Shown: in pieces, positions 21,256 to 30,139 of the stretch
Position numbering within the stretch: position 1 is the first letter of the stretch
Layout: each line of letters opens with the position of its first letter
Notes under the pieces: generated by a model
What the model saw: only the letters and a program-made list of their open reading frames with translations
Database searches by the model: none
Told to the model about the DNA's origin: nothing
From: a candidate division FCPU426 bacterium
Lineage (GTDB): Bacteria > Oederibacteriota > Muellerivitia > Muellerivitales > Muellerivitaceae
DNA: 64,000 nucleotides
Direction: 5' to 3'
Assembly: GCA_963847625.1 (NCBI GenBank)
Contig: CAWKAR010000052.1
Span: 1 to 64,000 of the forward strand
Position numbers and translations under genes: made by a program

Positions 21256-22361
21256 GCAAGCCTAATGTCAACGGTTTGCCCCCATATCTCCGAAAGGATG
21301 AGAAGGGGTATTTTTTGGATTATTACTTAAAGGAAGGGGGAATAAAGGTCAGGAAACGGGTCCGATTGGGACTTGTTCCCTTGGTTCAGGCCAAGAAAAT
21401 TTTGGTCCAAAACATGGTGGAGTTGGCTGAAGGAAAGTATTTGGCGGGCGAAGAAGCGATGGTCACTTTTTCGGACGCAGCCGACTCGTTTTTGGCCTAT
21501 TCAAAGTCCAGGAAAAAAAGCCACCGAAACGACGTTCCCATTGTCGCAAGGTTCAAGGCTTATTTCGGGAACCGGCCTTTGGAAAGCCTTACGCCGGATC
21601 TTGTCGAGACTTACATCAGCCAGCGACAAGGTGAAGGCCAGTTGAACCACAGGGGAAAGCCCATAACAGGGACCAGTTTGAACAAGGAAATAACCTGCCT
21701 CAAGACGATTGTCCGGCGGGCCATGCTGAACGGGCAGATCGACCGAAATCCCATCATGGGAGTCCGCAAGTTCAAGGAGATTCCCAGGGACAGGACATTG
21801 ACCCCGGAGGAGTACCAGAAACTCCTCGGAGTTTGTCCCTATCGGTTGAAGCCCATCGTCCAGTTGGCGTATACCACCGGCATGAGGAGCGGGGAAATCC
21901 TTGGATTGAAATGGAACCAATTGGACTTTCAAAACAAAGTTCTCATTTTGGAGGCTTTGGACACGAAGACCTTGGAGAAAAGGGAAATACCCCTGAATGA
22001 GGCCTTGATCGGCCTTCTTCAGAAGATTCCCAGGACCATGGCAAGTCCCTACGTGTTCAAATACCTTGGCAAGCCCATGAAAAGCATCAAGAGGTCTTTC
22101 AAGATGGCTTGCAAGTTGGCTGGAATTGAGAACTTCAGGTTCCACGACCTGAGGCATTGCGCCGTGACGAATTTCCGCAAGGCGGGGGTAAGCGATTCGG
22201 TCATCATGTCGATTTCGGGACACAAGACCTATTCCGTCTTCAGGCGGTATGACCGGGTGGACCGGGATGATAGGAAGGGCGCACTGCAAAAAGTTGAAAA
22301 TTTGATAGACACGGATAAGACACTCGTGGAAAATCAGTCTCCCCTCCAAGGGAGCAAGTAG
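21252..22361 (+). CDS. int: Tyrosine recombinase/integrase
   Basis: TGMRSGE, FHDLRH, ISGHK and RRY catalytic residues; adjacent to the att core. Confidence 0.95.
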   Translation: MSKPNVNGLPPYLRKDEKGYFLDYYLKEGGIKVRKRVRLGLVPLVQAKKILVQNMVELAEGKYLAGEEAMVTFSDAADSFLAYSKSRKKSHRNDVPIVARFKAYFGNRPLESLTPDLVETYISQRQGEGQLNHRGKPITGTSLNKEITCLKTIVRRAMLNGQIDRNPIMGVRKFKEIPRDRTLTPEEYQKLLGVCPYRLKPIVQLAYTTGMRSGEILGLKWNQLDFQNKVLILEALDTKTLEKREIPLNEALIGLLQKIPRTMASPYVFKYLGKPMKSIKRSFKMACKLAGIENFRFHDLRHCAVTNFRKAGVSDSVIMSISGHKTYSVFRRYDRVDRDDRKGALQKVENLIDTDKTLVENQSPLQGSK

Positions 22362-22364
22362 TAC

Positions 22365-22389
22365 AAAACCCTTTTGTACAAAGGGTTTT
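22365..22389 (+). terminator. Hairpin just downstream of the integrase
   Basis: AAAACCCTT-TTGTACA-AAGGGTTTT inverted repeat. Confidence 0.45.
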
Positions 22390-22425
22390 AAGTAATAGCT
22401 GGCAACGGGATTTTAACCGGGCATT

Positions 22426-22473
22426 TTTCTTGTAAGCGGCAGGTCACCGGTCCGAATCCGGTCGCCAGCTCCA
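22426..22473 (+). repeat. att core copy 1 (3' half of tRNA-Thr(TGT))
   Basis: 48 bp identical to 40097-40144; contains anticodon loop CTTGTAA, T-arm, acceptor 3' strand and CCA, but no 5' half. Confidence 0.9.
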
Positions 22474-22753
22474 CTTTTTTAAAAATATGTTCCCAGCATG
22501 TTTTAAAAGCCTTTGTCTGTAAGGAAATGACCAGCCTTACGGGCAAGGGCTTATTTTTTTCAACCGACCGTCAGTGATCAATAACGATCCTAAAAACTCA
22601 CAAAAAAGCAATTTGAATGACACGTATATGACACTCCAAAAAGACCACAACATATGGTATGGCCTATAATTTATAGAAATCTTGTTTTATTCGATTACCA
22701 TAATTTCGCGTATGCTTGGATCAGATAATCTATTTTTAAAGGCTTCCGTTACC

Positions 22754-24235
22754 ATGGATTTCAGTGAACTCAAAAAGATCGCGTCAAAAGGTGAAACGGA
22801 GCGGGTGGAGTTCAAACGCACCACCGGGGAACTGAAGGATGCCTTACAGACGATTTGCGCGTTTCTGAACGCCAAAGGCGGGACCGTCTTTTTCGGCGTG
22901 AACAGGAAGGGAATTATCGAGGGCCAGCAGGTATCGGAACAAACCCTTCACGAAGTCACGGCGGGTTTCGGCAAGTTTGAACCGTCCGCCAATATCTGGC
23001 TAGAACGCATCCAGGCAAAGCCGGGATGGGAGGTTATTGCCCTGACCGTGGATTCCAGTCATGAAAGCGTCCCCTTTTCCTTTGACGGCAGGGCCTATGA
23101 GCGTGTCGGCAACACTACTCGAAAGATGCCCCAAGGACGGTACGAAAAACTCCTTTTGGACAGGTCCCATGCCAAACGGCTGTGGGAAAACCAGCCTGCG
23201 TTCAAAGTGACGCTGAATGAACTGGATCGTGCGGAGATATTCAGGACCCGCGACCTTGCCATCCAGCAAAACCGCATTTCCGTGGACACCGGCCGGGATG
23301 CAGGTGAAATCCTTGATCGGCTTAATCTCAGGGTCGGGGGTGTCATTACCCAGGCTGCCCAAGTCCTTTACGGGACGGAGTTCCTCCCCTATTACCCGCA
23401 ATGCATGTTGAAAATGGGCCGTTTCAGGGGAACAAGCATAACGGGCGAAATCGTGGACAACCGGCAGGAACATTTGAACGCCTTCGCGGCGGTGCGGGAA
23501 GGCATGTCGTTCCTGGAAAGGACCATGCCCCTTGGGGCAAGATTCCCCAAGGGGAAGATATTCAGGGAAGACCGGTTTCCGATCCCCCTTGATGCGCTCA
23601 GGGAAATACTACTCAATGCTGTGATGCACCGGGATTACTCAAATGCCGGTGGGCATGTCGCTATCGCGATATTCGATGACCGGGTGGAAATCCGCAGTTG
23701 TGGGGGACTGCCCAGCGGTATTACCATCGCGCAACTCTCGGAACCCCATACTTCTAAGCCGAGGAACCCGCTGATTTCGGAGGCCTTCCACAGAACCGGT
23801 GCGGTTGAAATCTGGGGCCGTGGCACCAACCGGGTGATTGAGGCGTGCCGCCGGCATGGTGCTAAACCGCCGAAGTTTGAGGAACTCAGTGGTTATGTTT
23901 ATGTCACGTTCAAAGCACAAATGGTCGCCGGGACAGATCGCGATTCCATTGCGGTCGGGGATATTGCCGGTTCGGAGAAAAGTTCGGTGAAGGGTTCGGA
24001 GAAAAGTTCGGAGAAAATCCTTGCCATCCTGGCCGCCAACCCCGGGACCGGCGCGGGGGAGGTCGCGAAATCATTGGGCATCAGCCAAAGGGCCGTGGAA
24101 AAACAACTTGCGGCCCTGAAAACCGCCAAACGCCTTAGACGTATCGGCCCGGATAAGGGAGGGCTGTGGCAGGTCATAAATCAAAAAAGAAACAGGAGAT
24201 CACGGATTACAGGTATTTCCAGAGGCAAAAAGTGA
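22754..24235 (+). CDS. Schlafen/AlbA_2 plus HATPase-like plus C-terminal HTH protein
   Basis: GETERVEFK, ICAFLNAKGG...GV, ALREILLNAVMHRDY, PRNPLI, GRGT and RRIGPDKGGLW. Confidence 0.85.
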   Translation: MDFSELKKIASKGETERVEFKRTTGELKDALQTICAFLNAKGGTVFFGVNRKGIIEGQQVSEQTLHEVTAGFGKFEPSANIWLERIQAKPGWEVIALTVDSSHESVPFSFDGRAYERVGNTTRKMPQGRYEKLLLDRSHAKRLWENQPAFKVTLNELDRAEIFRTRDLAIQQNRISVDTGRDAGEILDRLNLRVGGVITQAAQVLYGTEFLPYYPQCMLKMGRFRGTSITGEIVDNRQEHLNAFAAVREGMSFLERTMPLGARFPKGKIFREDRFPIPLDALREILLNAVMHRDYSNAGGHVAIAIFDDRVEIRSCGGLPSGITIAQLSEPHTSKPRNPLISEAFHRTGAVEIWGRGTNRVIEACRRHGAKPPKFEELSGYVYVTFKAQMVAGTDRDSIAVGDIAGSEKSSVKGSEKSSEKILAILAANPGTGAGEVAKSLGISQRAVEKQLAALKTAKRLRRIGPDKGGLWQVINQKRNRRSRITGISRGKK

Positions 24236-24666
24236 AGGGTAATGTTTTAAAGCTTCAAAACTTGAAGAAGAACAGTGAGTGGTGCGACAAGGACCAGGTT
24301 CTTCTTTACGCCTGCTTCCAACTTTTGGTGGATTTCATTGAGAAGGAAAAACCCCAAAACATCGTTGATTACAAAAACAACAAGGAACAAAAGAAACAAT
24401 GGATAGAGTTGATGGCTCTTTATCGGTATTGGAAACGGGAAAGGCCTAGGCTCGAAAAAAAGATTAACAAGCTGACCACGATTTGGGCGCGTAGCAGGAA
24501 AACAAAACACATTTCCTCGCCCGATGGGCTCACGGGCCAAGAGATCGTCCTTAAAGAGGACAAGCGAACCTGGAACATCCTTTTCAGGACGGAAAATCAG
24601 TTCGAAAAACAAGAGGACGAAATGCTTCAACGGCTTATCAAGATTCGGCACCACCTATGGTGTTGA
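24232..24666 (+). CDS. Hypothetical protein
   Basis: GTG start overlapping the previous stop; WCDKD..LLYACFQLLVDF and RLIKIRHHLW. Confidence 0.6.
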   Translation: MKGNVLKLQNLKKNSEWCDKDQVLLYACFQLLVDFIEKEKPQNIVDYKNNKEQKKQWIELMALYRYWKRERPRLEKKINKLTTIWARSRKTKHISSPDGLTGQEIVLKEDKRTWNILFRTENQFEKQEDEMLQRLIKIRHHLWC

Positions 24667-24679
24667 CGGCGGGGGGAAT

Positions 24680-25144
24680 ATGGGTGATTTAAAGGACTTG
24701 GAAAGACGTATAAAACGAATCGAGGAACAGCTTGGTATTCAAAACCAACCTCATTACAAATTTGAGGAGTTAGTTGAGGGGTTAGATCGGAGGACGCTTG
24801 AAATGATTTGGACAGGAATCGACACCCACAATATCGCAGTTTCCTTGATCGGTTTGACCGCCGAACAGTTAAAAAATGTTAAAGGAACCTTTTCTAAAAC
24901 GAGATGGATGGAAATCACGAAAGAATACCAAGGCCCATTTATGAAGGAAATTACAGAATCCAGTATCAGCGTAAACCGTGGACTAGTATTAGAGAAAATT
25001 TTGAAATTAGAGAGCATGGGTGAAATTGTAGTGTCCCGTGGTTTTGACGAAGAGGGCGAATTTCTTCCGCTGGAAGAAGGGAAAAACAAGGAACCTTTTG
25101 TGGATGTAAAAGAGTGGGTTCGGTTCACAATTGAAAAAATTTAG
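24680..25144 (+). CDS. FliG C-terminal-domain-like protein
   Basis: FEELV..LDRR......ID...IAVSL.G and ILKLESMGEIVVSRG resemble FliG-C. Confidence 0.55.
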   Translation: MGDLKDLERRIKRIEEQLGIQNQPHYKFEELVEGLDRRTLEMIWTGIDTHNIAVSLIGLTAEQLKNVKGTFSKTRWMEITKEYQGPFMKEITESSISVNRGLVLEKILKLESMGEIVVSRGFDEEGEFLPLEEGKNKEPFVDVKEWVRFTIEKI

Positions 25145-25412
25145 GTGTTTTGTTACATCCCGCAGTCGGTAAGATTTCCATCATGGACATGACAATATCA
25201 TAATGACCCAAGAAGGCCACTTTTCCTTTCGCCGAGCAGGATTATTAACTTAAGGAACTATTGCTTTGAGCACTCTAGGCATTTTTGTTTTTCGCCGAGG
25301 AGGAAAGAACTCCTACCCTGTCCACACCCCATTTATTATTCCGTTCACTCATTGACATTTCATGTCAAGTTTTGCCATCATACTTGACAGTCTCAAAGGC
25401 TTAGGAGTGTTG

Positions 25413-25703
25413 ATGCTTTCGCGCAAGTGGATTAAATTCATAGCTTTTTCCGTTTTCCTGATTTTCGCCAGTGTGGATCTGGGTGAAAATTATATCCATC
25501 ACCATCACGGCGATATCGAAGACAGTGATTGTTCTTATTGCAGCTTTCATAAAGCGCTCTGCAATTCTGATTTTTCCGCTGCCCCCGTTGATATTGTTCC
25601 GATTTTCTTCTTGTTTTTTGCAGTCTTGGTTTTTCTTCCATCCTATCGCAGTACCCGATTTTCACCTCATTCGAGCCGCGCCCCTCCGGTCGTTCTTTCC
25701 TAA
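25413..25703 (+). CDS. DUF2946-like leader protein (TM, His-rich, CxxC, RAPP)
   Basis: RBS AGGAG; HHHHGD...CSYC...SRAPPVVLS-stop upstream of a metal ABC operon. Confidence 0.75.
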   Translation: MLSRKWIKFIAFSVFLIFASVDLGENYIHHHHGDIEDSDCSYCSFHKALCNSDFSAAPVDIVPIFFLFFAVLVFLPSYRSTRFSPHSSRAPPVVLS

Positions 25704-25894
25704 CTTCCAAACGGGAAAACAAATGAAATGGTAACGATAGTGGTTTAAACACTTTCGTTTATTTCGGCATATCCACTTTTAATTCCAGATTTTCCCCGAC
25801 TTCCATTCATATCAATTTCTCCGTTTGACTCAATGCTTATTCCTTTTTGTTTCCATTACTCTTTTTTTAAACCGTTTAAAGACATGAGGGGAAA

Positions 25895-26590
25895 ATGAAA
25901 GTTCTTGAAATTAAAAATTTAAAAAAGTCTTTTCGATCGCCGGAGGGCGGTTATCACTTGGTCATAAACGTGAATTATTTCTCCCTTGGCCAGGGTGAAC
26001 AGTTGGTCTTGGCTGGCGAGAGTGGTTCCGGAAAAACGACGTTTTTAAACCTGATCGCCGGAATTTTAAAAGCTGATGAAGGATTTATCCGGCTGGCGGG
26101 GCAGGAAATGGAATCGCTCCCTGAAAGCATGAGGGACCAGCTCCGTGCCCAATCCCTGGGTTATATCTTCCAGACATTCAACCTTTTACAAGGTTATACG
26201 GCCTTGGAAAACGTGATGTTGGGAATGATGTTTGGCCGTGGAGTCGATTCGTCCTATGCGAGGGCATTGTTAGAGCGGGTCGGACTGGCAAAACGTCTCC
26301 ACTATCTTCCTAGGCAGATGTCGGTGGGCCAACAGCAACGGGTAGCCGTTGCCAGGGCGTTGGCCAACCATCCCAAATTGGTATTGGCCGACGAGCCCAC
26401 GGGCCACTTGGACCATGAAAGGGCGATGGAATCCCTTTCTCTCATCCGTCAAATTTGCCGGGAGAACGGGACGGCTCTTCTTTTGGTGAGCCACGACCGG
26501 GAGGTGTTGGACAAGTTTACCCGGGTGGAAAACTTAAGACGCATCAACCGTGTTGCTGAAACGGCCGGGAACGTGGGGGCAAAAAAATGA
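25895..26590 (+). CDS. ABC transporter ATP-binding protein (LolD/ZrgB-like)
   Basis: GESGSGKT, MSVGQQQRVAVARA and LADEPT. Confidence 0.9.
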   Translation: MKVLEIKNLKKSFRSPEGGYHLVINVNYFSLGQGEQLVLAGESGSGKTTFLNLIAGILKADEGFIRLAGQEMESLPESMRDQLRAQSLGYIFQTFNLLQGYTALENVMLGMMFGRGVDSSYARALLERVGLAKRLHYLPRQMSVGQQQRVAVARALANHPKLVLADEPTGHLDHERAMESLSLIRQICRENGTALLLVSHDREVLDKFTRVENLRRINRVAETAGNVGAKK

Positions 26591-27861
26591 GTCCACTGAA
26601 AAAAATAAAAAATCTGATTTTTTTGGTCAAACGAAGCATGAAGCAGCATGCCCTTTCAACGGCCATCACCGTTGTTTCGGTCGCCTTAGCTACCGGTTTG
26701 ACCATGGCGGTATTTTCCATCCAGCACCAGACCCGGGGAGCCTTTACAGGTGGCCGCGTGGGTTTTGATGCGGTATTGGGCGCGAGGGGGAGCCAATTGC
26801 AACTGGTCCTGAACGCCGTCTACCAGTTGGAAACCTCGCCCGGCAACATTCCTTGGGCGCTTTACGAGGAAGTGAGGAAGGATCCGAGGGTGGAATTGGC
26901 CATCCCCTATGCCGTGGGGGACAACTATTTCGGCTACCGAATCGTTGGGACGACCGGGGATATTTTCACCCGGTTCGAGTATCAAACGGGGAAACACCTG
27001 GAGGTGGAGGAAGGGGGAAGGGTTTGGGACCCGCGACAAAAAGAAGCGGTCATCGGCAGTTTTGTGGCCCGGAAACTGGGCCTCAAGGCGGGATCCACCT
27101 TCAAGCCCTATCACGGGCTCTATTTCGACCCCGGCATGCAGCATGAGGAAGTGTTCCAAATCGTGGGGGTGTTGAAACCCACCAACACTCCCTCGGACCG
27201 GGTCATTTGGATTCCCATCGATGACGTTTATCGCATGAAGGGCCACGTTTTGCGGGGAACAGGGAAAGAGTATGTGGCGAAGGAGGGCGTGGAAATACCG
27301 GACGCCAGCAAGGAAGTCTCCGCTGTCATGTTGAAATTCCACAGCCCACAGGCCGGTTTCATGTTGGACCAGACCATCAACCGGCAGGGTAAGGTGGCGA
27401 CCCTAGCCTGGCCCATCGGCAAAGTTATGGCCGAGCTTTTCGACAAGATGGGATGGGTGACGAAAATTCTAACTTTGGTGGCTTACCTTGTGATGTTGGT
27501 GGCCGCCGCGTCCATCCTTTCCAGTTTGTACAACACCCTGAACGAACGGCGGCGGGAATTTGCCATCTTGCGGTCCCTCGGCGCCAGGCGTTCCACGGTA
27601 TTTTCCGCCATTGTGCTGGAGGCCACCGCCATTGCGGGAATGGGTTCCGTCGTCGGGTACGGTATTTACCTGGCCATTTTTTCCGTGGCCGCCGTGGTGG
27701 TGCGCCAACAGACCGGAGTGGTGTTGGAGGTGATCCAGTTTCATCCCTCCCTGTTGTCCGTGCCCATCGGCATGACGCTCTTGGGAGCCGTTTCAGGGCT
27801 CATCCCGGCCCTCAAAGCTTATTCCACCGACGTGGCCCGTAATTTGGACCCGTTGTCTTAA
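26587..27861 (+). CDS. MacB/FtsX-type ABC permease (ZrgC-like)
   Basis: GARGSQLQLVLNAVY, ERRREFAILRSLGARR and 4-TM layout. Confidence 0.9.
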   Translation: MSPLKKIKNLIFLVKRSMKQHALSTAITVVSVALATGLTMAVFSIQHQTRGAFTGGRVGFDAVLGARGSQLQLVLNAVYQLETSPGNIPWALYEEVRKDPRVELAIPYAVGDNYFGYRIVGTTGDIFTRFEYQTGKHLEVEEGGRVWDPRQKEAVIGSFVARKLGLKAGSTFKPYHGLYFDPGMQHEEVFQIVGVLKPTNTPSDRVIWIPIDDVYRMKGHVLRGTGKEYVAKEGVEIPDASKEVSAVMLKFHSPQAGFMLDQTINRQGKVATLAWPIGKVMAELFDKMGWVTKILTLVAYLVMLVAAASILSSLYNTLNERRREFAILRSLGARRSTVFSAIVLEATAIAGMGSVVGYGIYLAIFSVAAVVVRQQTGVVLEVIQFHPSLLSVPIGMTLLGAVSGLIPALKAYSTDVARNLDPLS

Positions 27862-27885
27862 TAACCGAAAAAAAGGAGATACGAA

Positions 27886-28377
27886 ATGAAAACAGGAAAC
27901 GCATTAGGGGTTTTAGCTTTTGTTGGGGTTATGTCGTTATTTCTTTTCTTGGCCGCCCCAGTCTCGGCCCATGAACACCATCCGCCGCATCACGGCACAT
28001 TGGTGGTATTAGGTGAGGAATTCGCCCACGTGGAGCTTCTTTTGGACTCGGCCACGGGAGAACTAGACGCTTTTGTCCTGGATGGAGAAGCCGAAAATCC
28101 GGTAAGGATTTCCCAACCCTCCCTTCAAATCAAGGTGAAGGACAAGACAAAGGATTGGGTCCTGAAACTGAAACCCATTGCCAACAGTTTGACCGGGGAA
28201 ACCAAAGGCAACACCTCCCAATACCAGGCTGTTTCCAAAAAGTTAAAGGGGGCGAGCGAATTTCAAGGGACGATTATTTACATCAAAGCCAAAGGAACGA
28301 ACTTTAAAAACGTTTGGTTTTTATATCCCGGGGGCAATGAAGGCGTGAAAAAACCGGACTGGGCCAAGGATAAATAA
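27886..28377 (+). CDS. Exported His-rich protein (probable metal binder)
   Basis: Signal peptide, then HEHHPPHHG...HVEL. Confidence 0.7.
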   Translation: MKTGNALGVLAFVGVMSLFLFLAAPVSAHEHHPPHHGTLVVLGEEFAHVELLLDSATGELDAFVLDGEAENPVRISQPSLQIKVKDKTKDWVLKLKPIANSLTGETKGNTSQYQAVSKKLKGASEFQGTIIYIKAKGTNFKNVWFLYPGGNEGVKKPDWAKDK

Positions 28378-28403
28378 AAAAGATTTTTTATTTCACGGGA
28401 GGG

Positions 28404-29027
28404 GTGGCGGGGATGAAAAATCCGGCAAAGAACATTGGGTTATGGTGTTTTCGGTTAGGAATACTCCTGGCCTTCGGCGTATTGGTTTCAAACGGGAAAA
28501 TGCAAGGACAGTCCCCGGCTCCCACTATCTACGCGATTAAACCGGTGGACTTGAAATCCGCTCCTGTCACCGTTTATCCCCAACTGGAGGGCCACCCGCT
28601 GGTGACTTGGGATACCTTGGCGCATTTCCGATATGACGCGCCGGAAATCGAGGAGGAGATCGACCCGAAACTGAGGTTGAAGAAGAAAAAATTTCCGATC
28701 CCGGCATTCATCAAGGCCTTGAACCGGTCCAATATCGCGGTATACGGGTTCATGATACCCATCGATACGGATGCGGCGGGGGAGAAGGTGATGTCCTTCA
28801 TCCTGGCCCGAAGCCAGGCCACCTGCTGTTACGGGATCACTCCCAAAATGAACGAATGGATGTTTGTCAAAATGGCAAAGGGAAAGACGGGGGAGTTGAT
28901 GATGGACGAGCCGGTGACTGTTTTTGGAACGCTGTCGGTGGGCGAAGAAGCGAAAAAAGACATGGGGTTGAGCCTTTACCGGATGGTGGCGGACAAGGTT
29001 ACCGTCCCCAAGGTGCCCAATTGGTGA
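28404..29027 (+). CDS. DUF3299-like (ZrgD-like) protein
   Basis: GFMIP...FILARSQATCCYG..P..NEW...PVTVFGTL. Confidence 0.75.
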   Translation: MAGMKNPAKNIGLWCFRLGILLAFGVLVSNGKMQGQSPAPTIYAIKPVDLKSAPVTVYPQLEGHPLVTWDTLAHFRYDAPEIEEEIDPKLRLKKKKFPIPAFIKALNRSNIAVYGFMIPIDTDAAGEKVMSFILARSQATCCYGITPKMNEWMFVKMAKGKTGELMMDEPVTVFGTLSVGEEAKKDMGLSLYRMVADKVTVPKVPNW

Positions 29028-29048
29028 GCGAATGGAGAGGTTCCTGAA

Positions 29049-29786
29049 ATGAAAGTTTATATCCGCAATCCCTGGCCAGGAAAAAAGATGGTTGGGGTTG
29101 AATACCAATCCTCCATTCCCCCAAGGGATTCGAAATTTTGGACTGTTATTTCCTTCATGGGGGTATTAGGTTTGGTTTTTTTATTGATCGTATTGAAGAG
29201 GACTTATGCCCCATCGATGACCCAATGGTGGAGAAATCAAGCTTACCTGGAAGAAGCCAGGAAAACCAATAGTGTGTTTCCGAAGGAACCTAACAGTCCC
29301 ATAACGGCCAAAACAGCGGAGTTAAAAATCCCTTATCCGAAAGTTGGGGATTATTTTCAACTAGGTTTCGACACTTTGAGCAATTTTCCTTCCGATATAC
29401 CGCCATTAGATGGCCCCAGAAGGGACTCTCATTTAAAGGCGAAAACGCCCGTTCCAACAGTTCCGCTCGGAATTCAAGCTTTGGACGGCCAAAAAATATC
29501 AGTAGTTGGTTTCATGATTCCCATGATGGTCGAAAATAATAACGCCCGTACTTTTATCCTGGCGCAAAGCCGGGCCACTTGCTGTTACGGCGTGGTTCCG
29601 AGACTCAACCAATGGATTTACGTGGCCATGGACCGGGGAAAAACCGTCGAGGCGACCATGGACGTGCCGGTTACGGTTTACGGCACTTTTAAAGTGGAGA
29701 GGAAGTTTGACGTGCAAAACACCGGGTGGTGCCTTTACCGGATGACGTCCGAGAAGGTTGAATTACCGAAGAAATCCTGGCTTTGA
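29049..29786 (+). CDS. DUF3299-like protein, second paralogue
   Basis: LDGQKISVVGFMIP...FILAQSRATCCYG..P..NQW. Confidence 0.75.
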   Translation: MKVYIRNPWPGKKMVGVEYQSSIPPRDSKFWTVISFMGVLGLVFLLIVLKRTYAPSMTQWWRNQAYLEEARKTNSVFPKEPNSPITAKTAELKIPYPKVGDYFQLGFDTLSNFPSDIPPLDGPRRDSHLKAKTPVPTVPLGIQALDGQKISVVGFMIPMMVENNNARTFILAQSRATCCYGVVPRLNQWIYVAMDRGKTVEATMDVPVTVYGTFKVERKFDVQNTGWCLYRMTSEKVELPKKSWL

Positions 29787-30094
29787 AATTTATGGGGAAT
29801 CCAGTGGAAAATAAAAGAATTGTTTTTAAATCGTCCCTTGTGGCTCTGGCGTTGATTTTGTTGCTAGTCATAGTGGGAGAAGGATTTTTCCATCGGCACC
29901 ATGGTTCCGAATCGGATCGGGATTGCGCCTATTGCCAATGGTGCCATTCAGGGTCCCAAGGGACTGAAGTGTCAATCCAACCAATGCTTTTTCCCGCTTT
30001 TATTGTTGTACGTTTTTTTACTAACGAAATTAAAGCCGCTTTTACAAGTTCCTTTTTCAATTCTGGAAGGTCCCCTCCTCGAAATCTCTTGTAA
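29783..30094 (+). CDS. Second DUF2946-like leader protein (HRHH, CxxC, RSPP)
   Basis: TM, then FHRHHG...CAYC...GRSPPRNLL-stop, 45 nt before the outer-membrane protein gene; exact start uncertain. Confidence 0.7.
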   Translation: MKFMGNPVENKRIVFKSSLVALALILLLVIVGEGFFHRHHGSESDRDCAYCQWCHSGSQGTEVSIQPMLFPAFIVVRFFTNEIKAAFTSSFFNSGRSPPRNLL

Positions 30095-30139
30095 CGAAAT
30101 ATCAACGGCCTTCACAGGTCGAAAATTAAAGGAGGAAAA

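Noticed and set aside
21501..22349. Long antisense ORFs (also 44850-45455, 47392-48051, 19372-20139, 26686-27342)
   Set aside because: Shadows of well-supported genes on the opposite strand, with no motifs of their own.
7668..22361. Prophage
   Set aside because: No terminase, capsid, portal or tail genes; the VirB4-like ATPase points to an ICE-like element.
22397..22473. Complete tRNA-Thr gene at either att copy
   Set aside because: No D-arm or 5' anticodon-stem strand upstream of either copy; only the 3' half is present.
25352..25368. TTGACA-N5-TGTCAA palindrome as a Zur/Fur box
   Set aside because: Does not match those consensus sites as I know them; single short instance.
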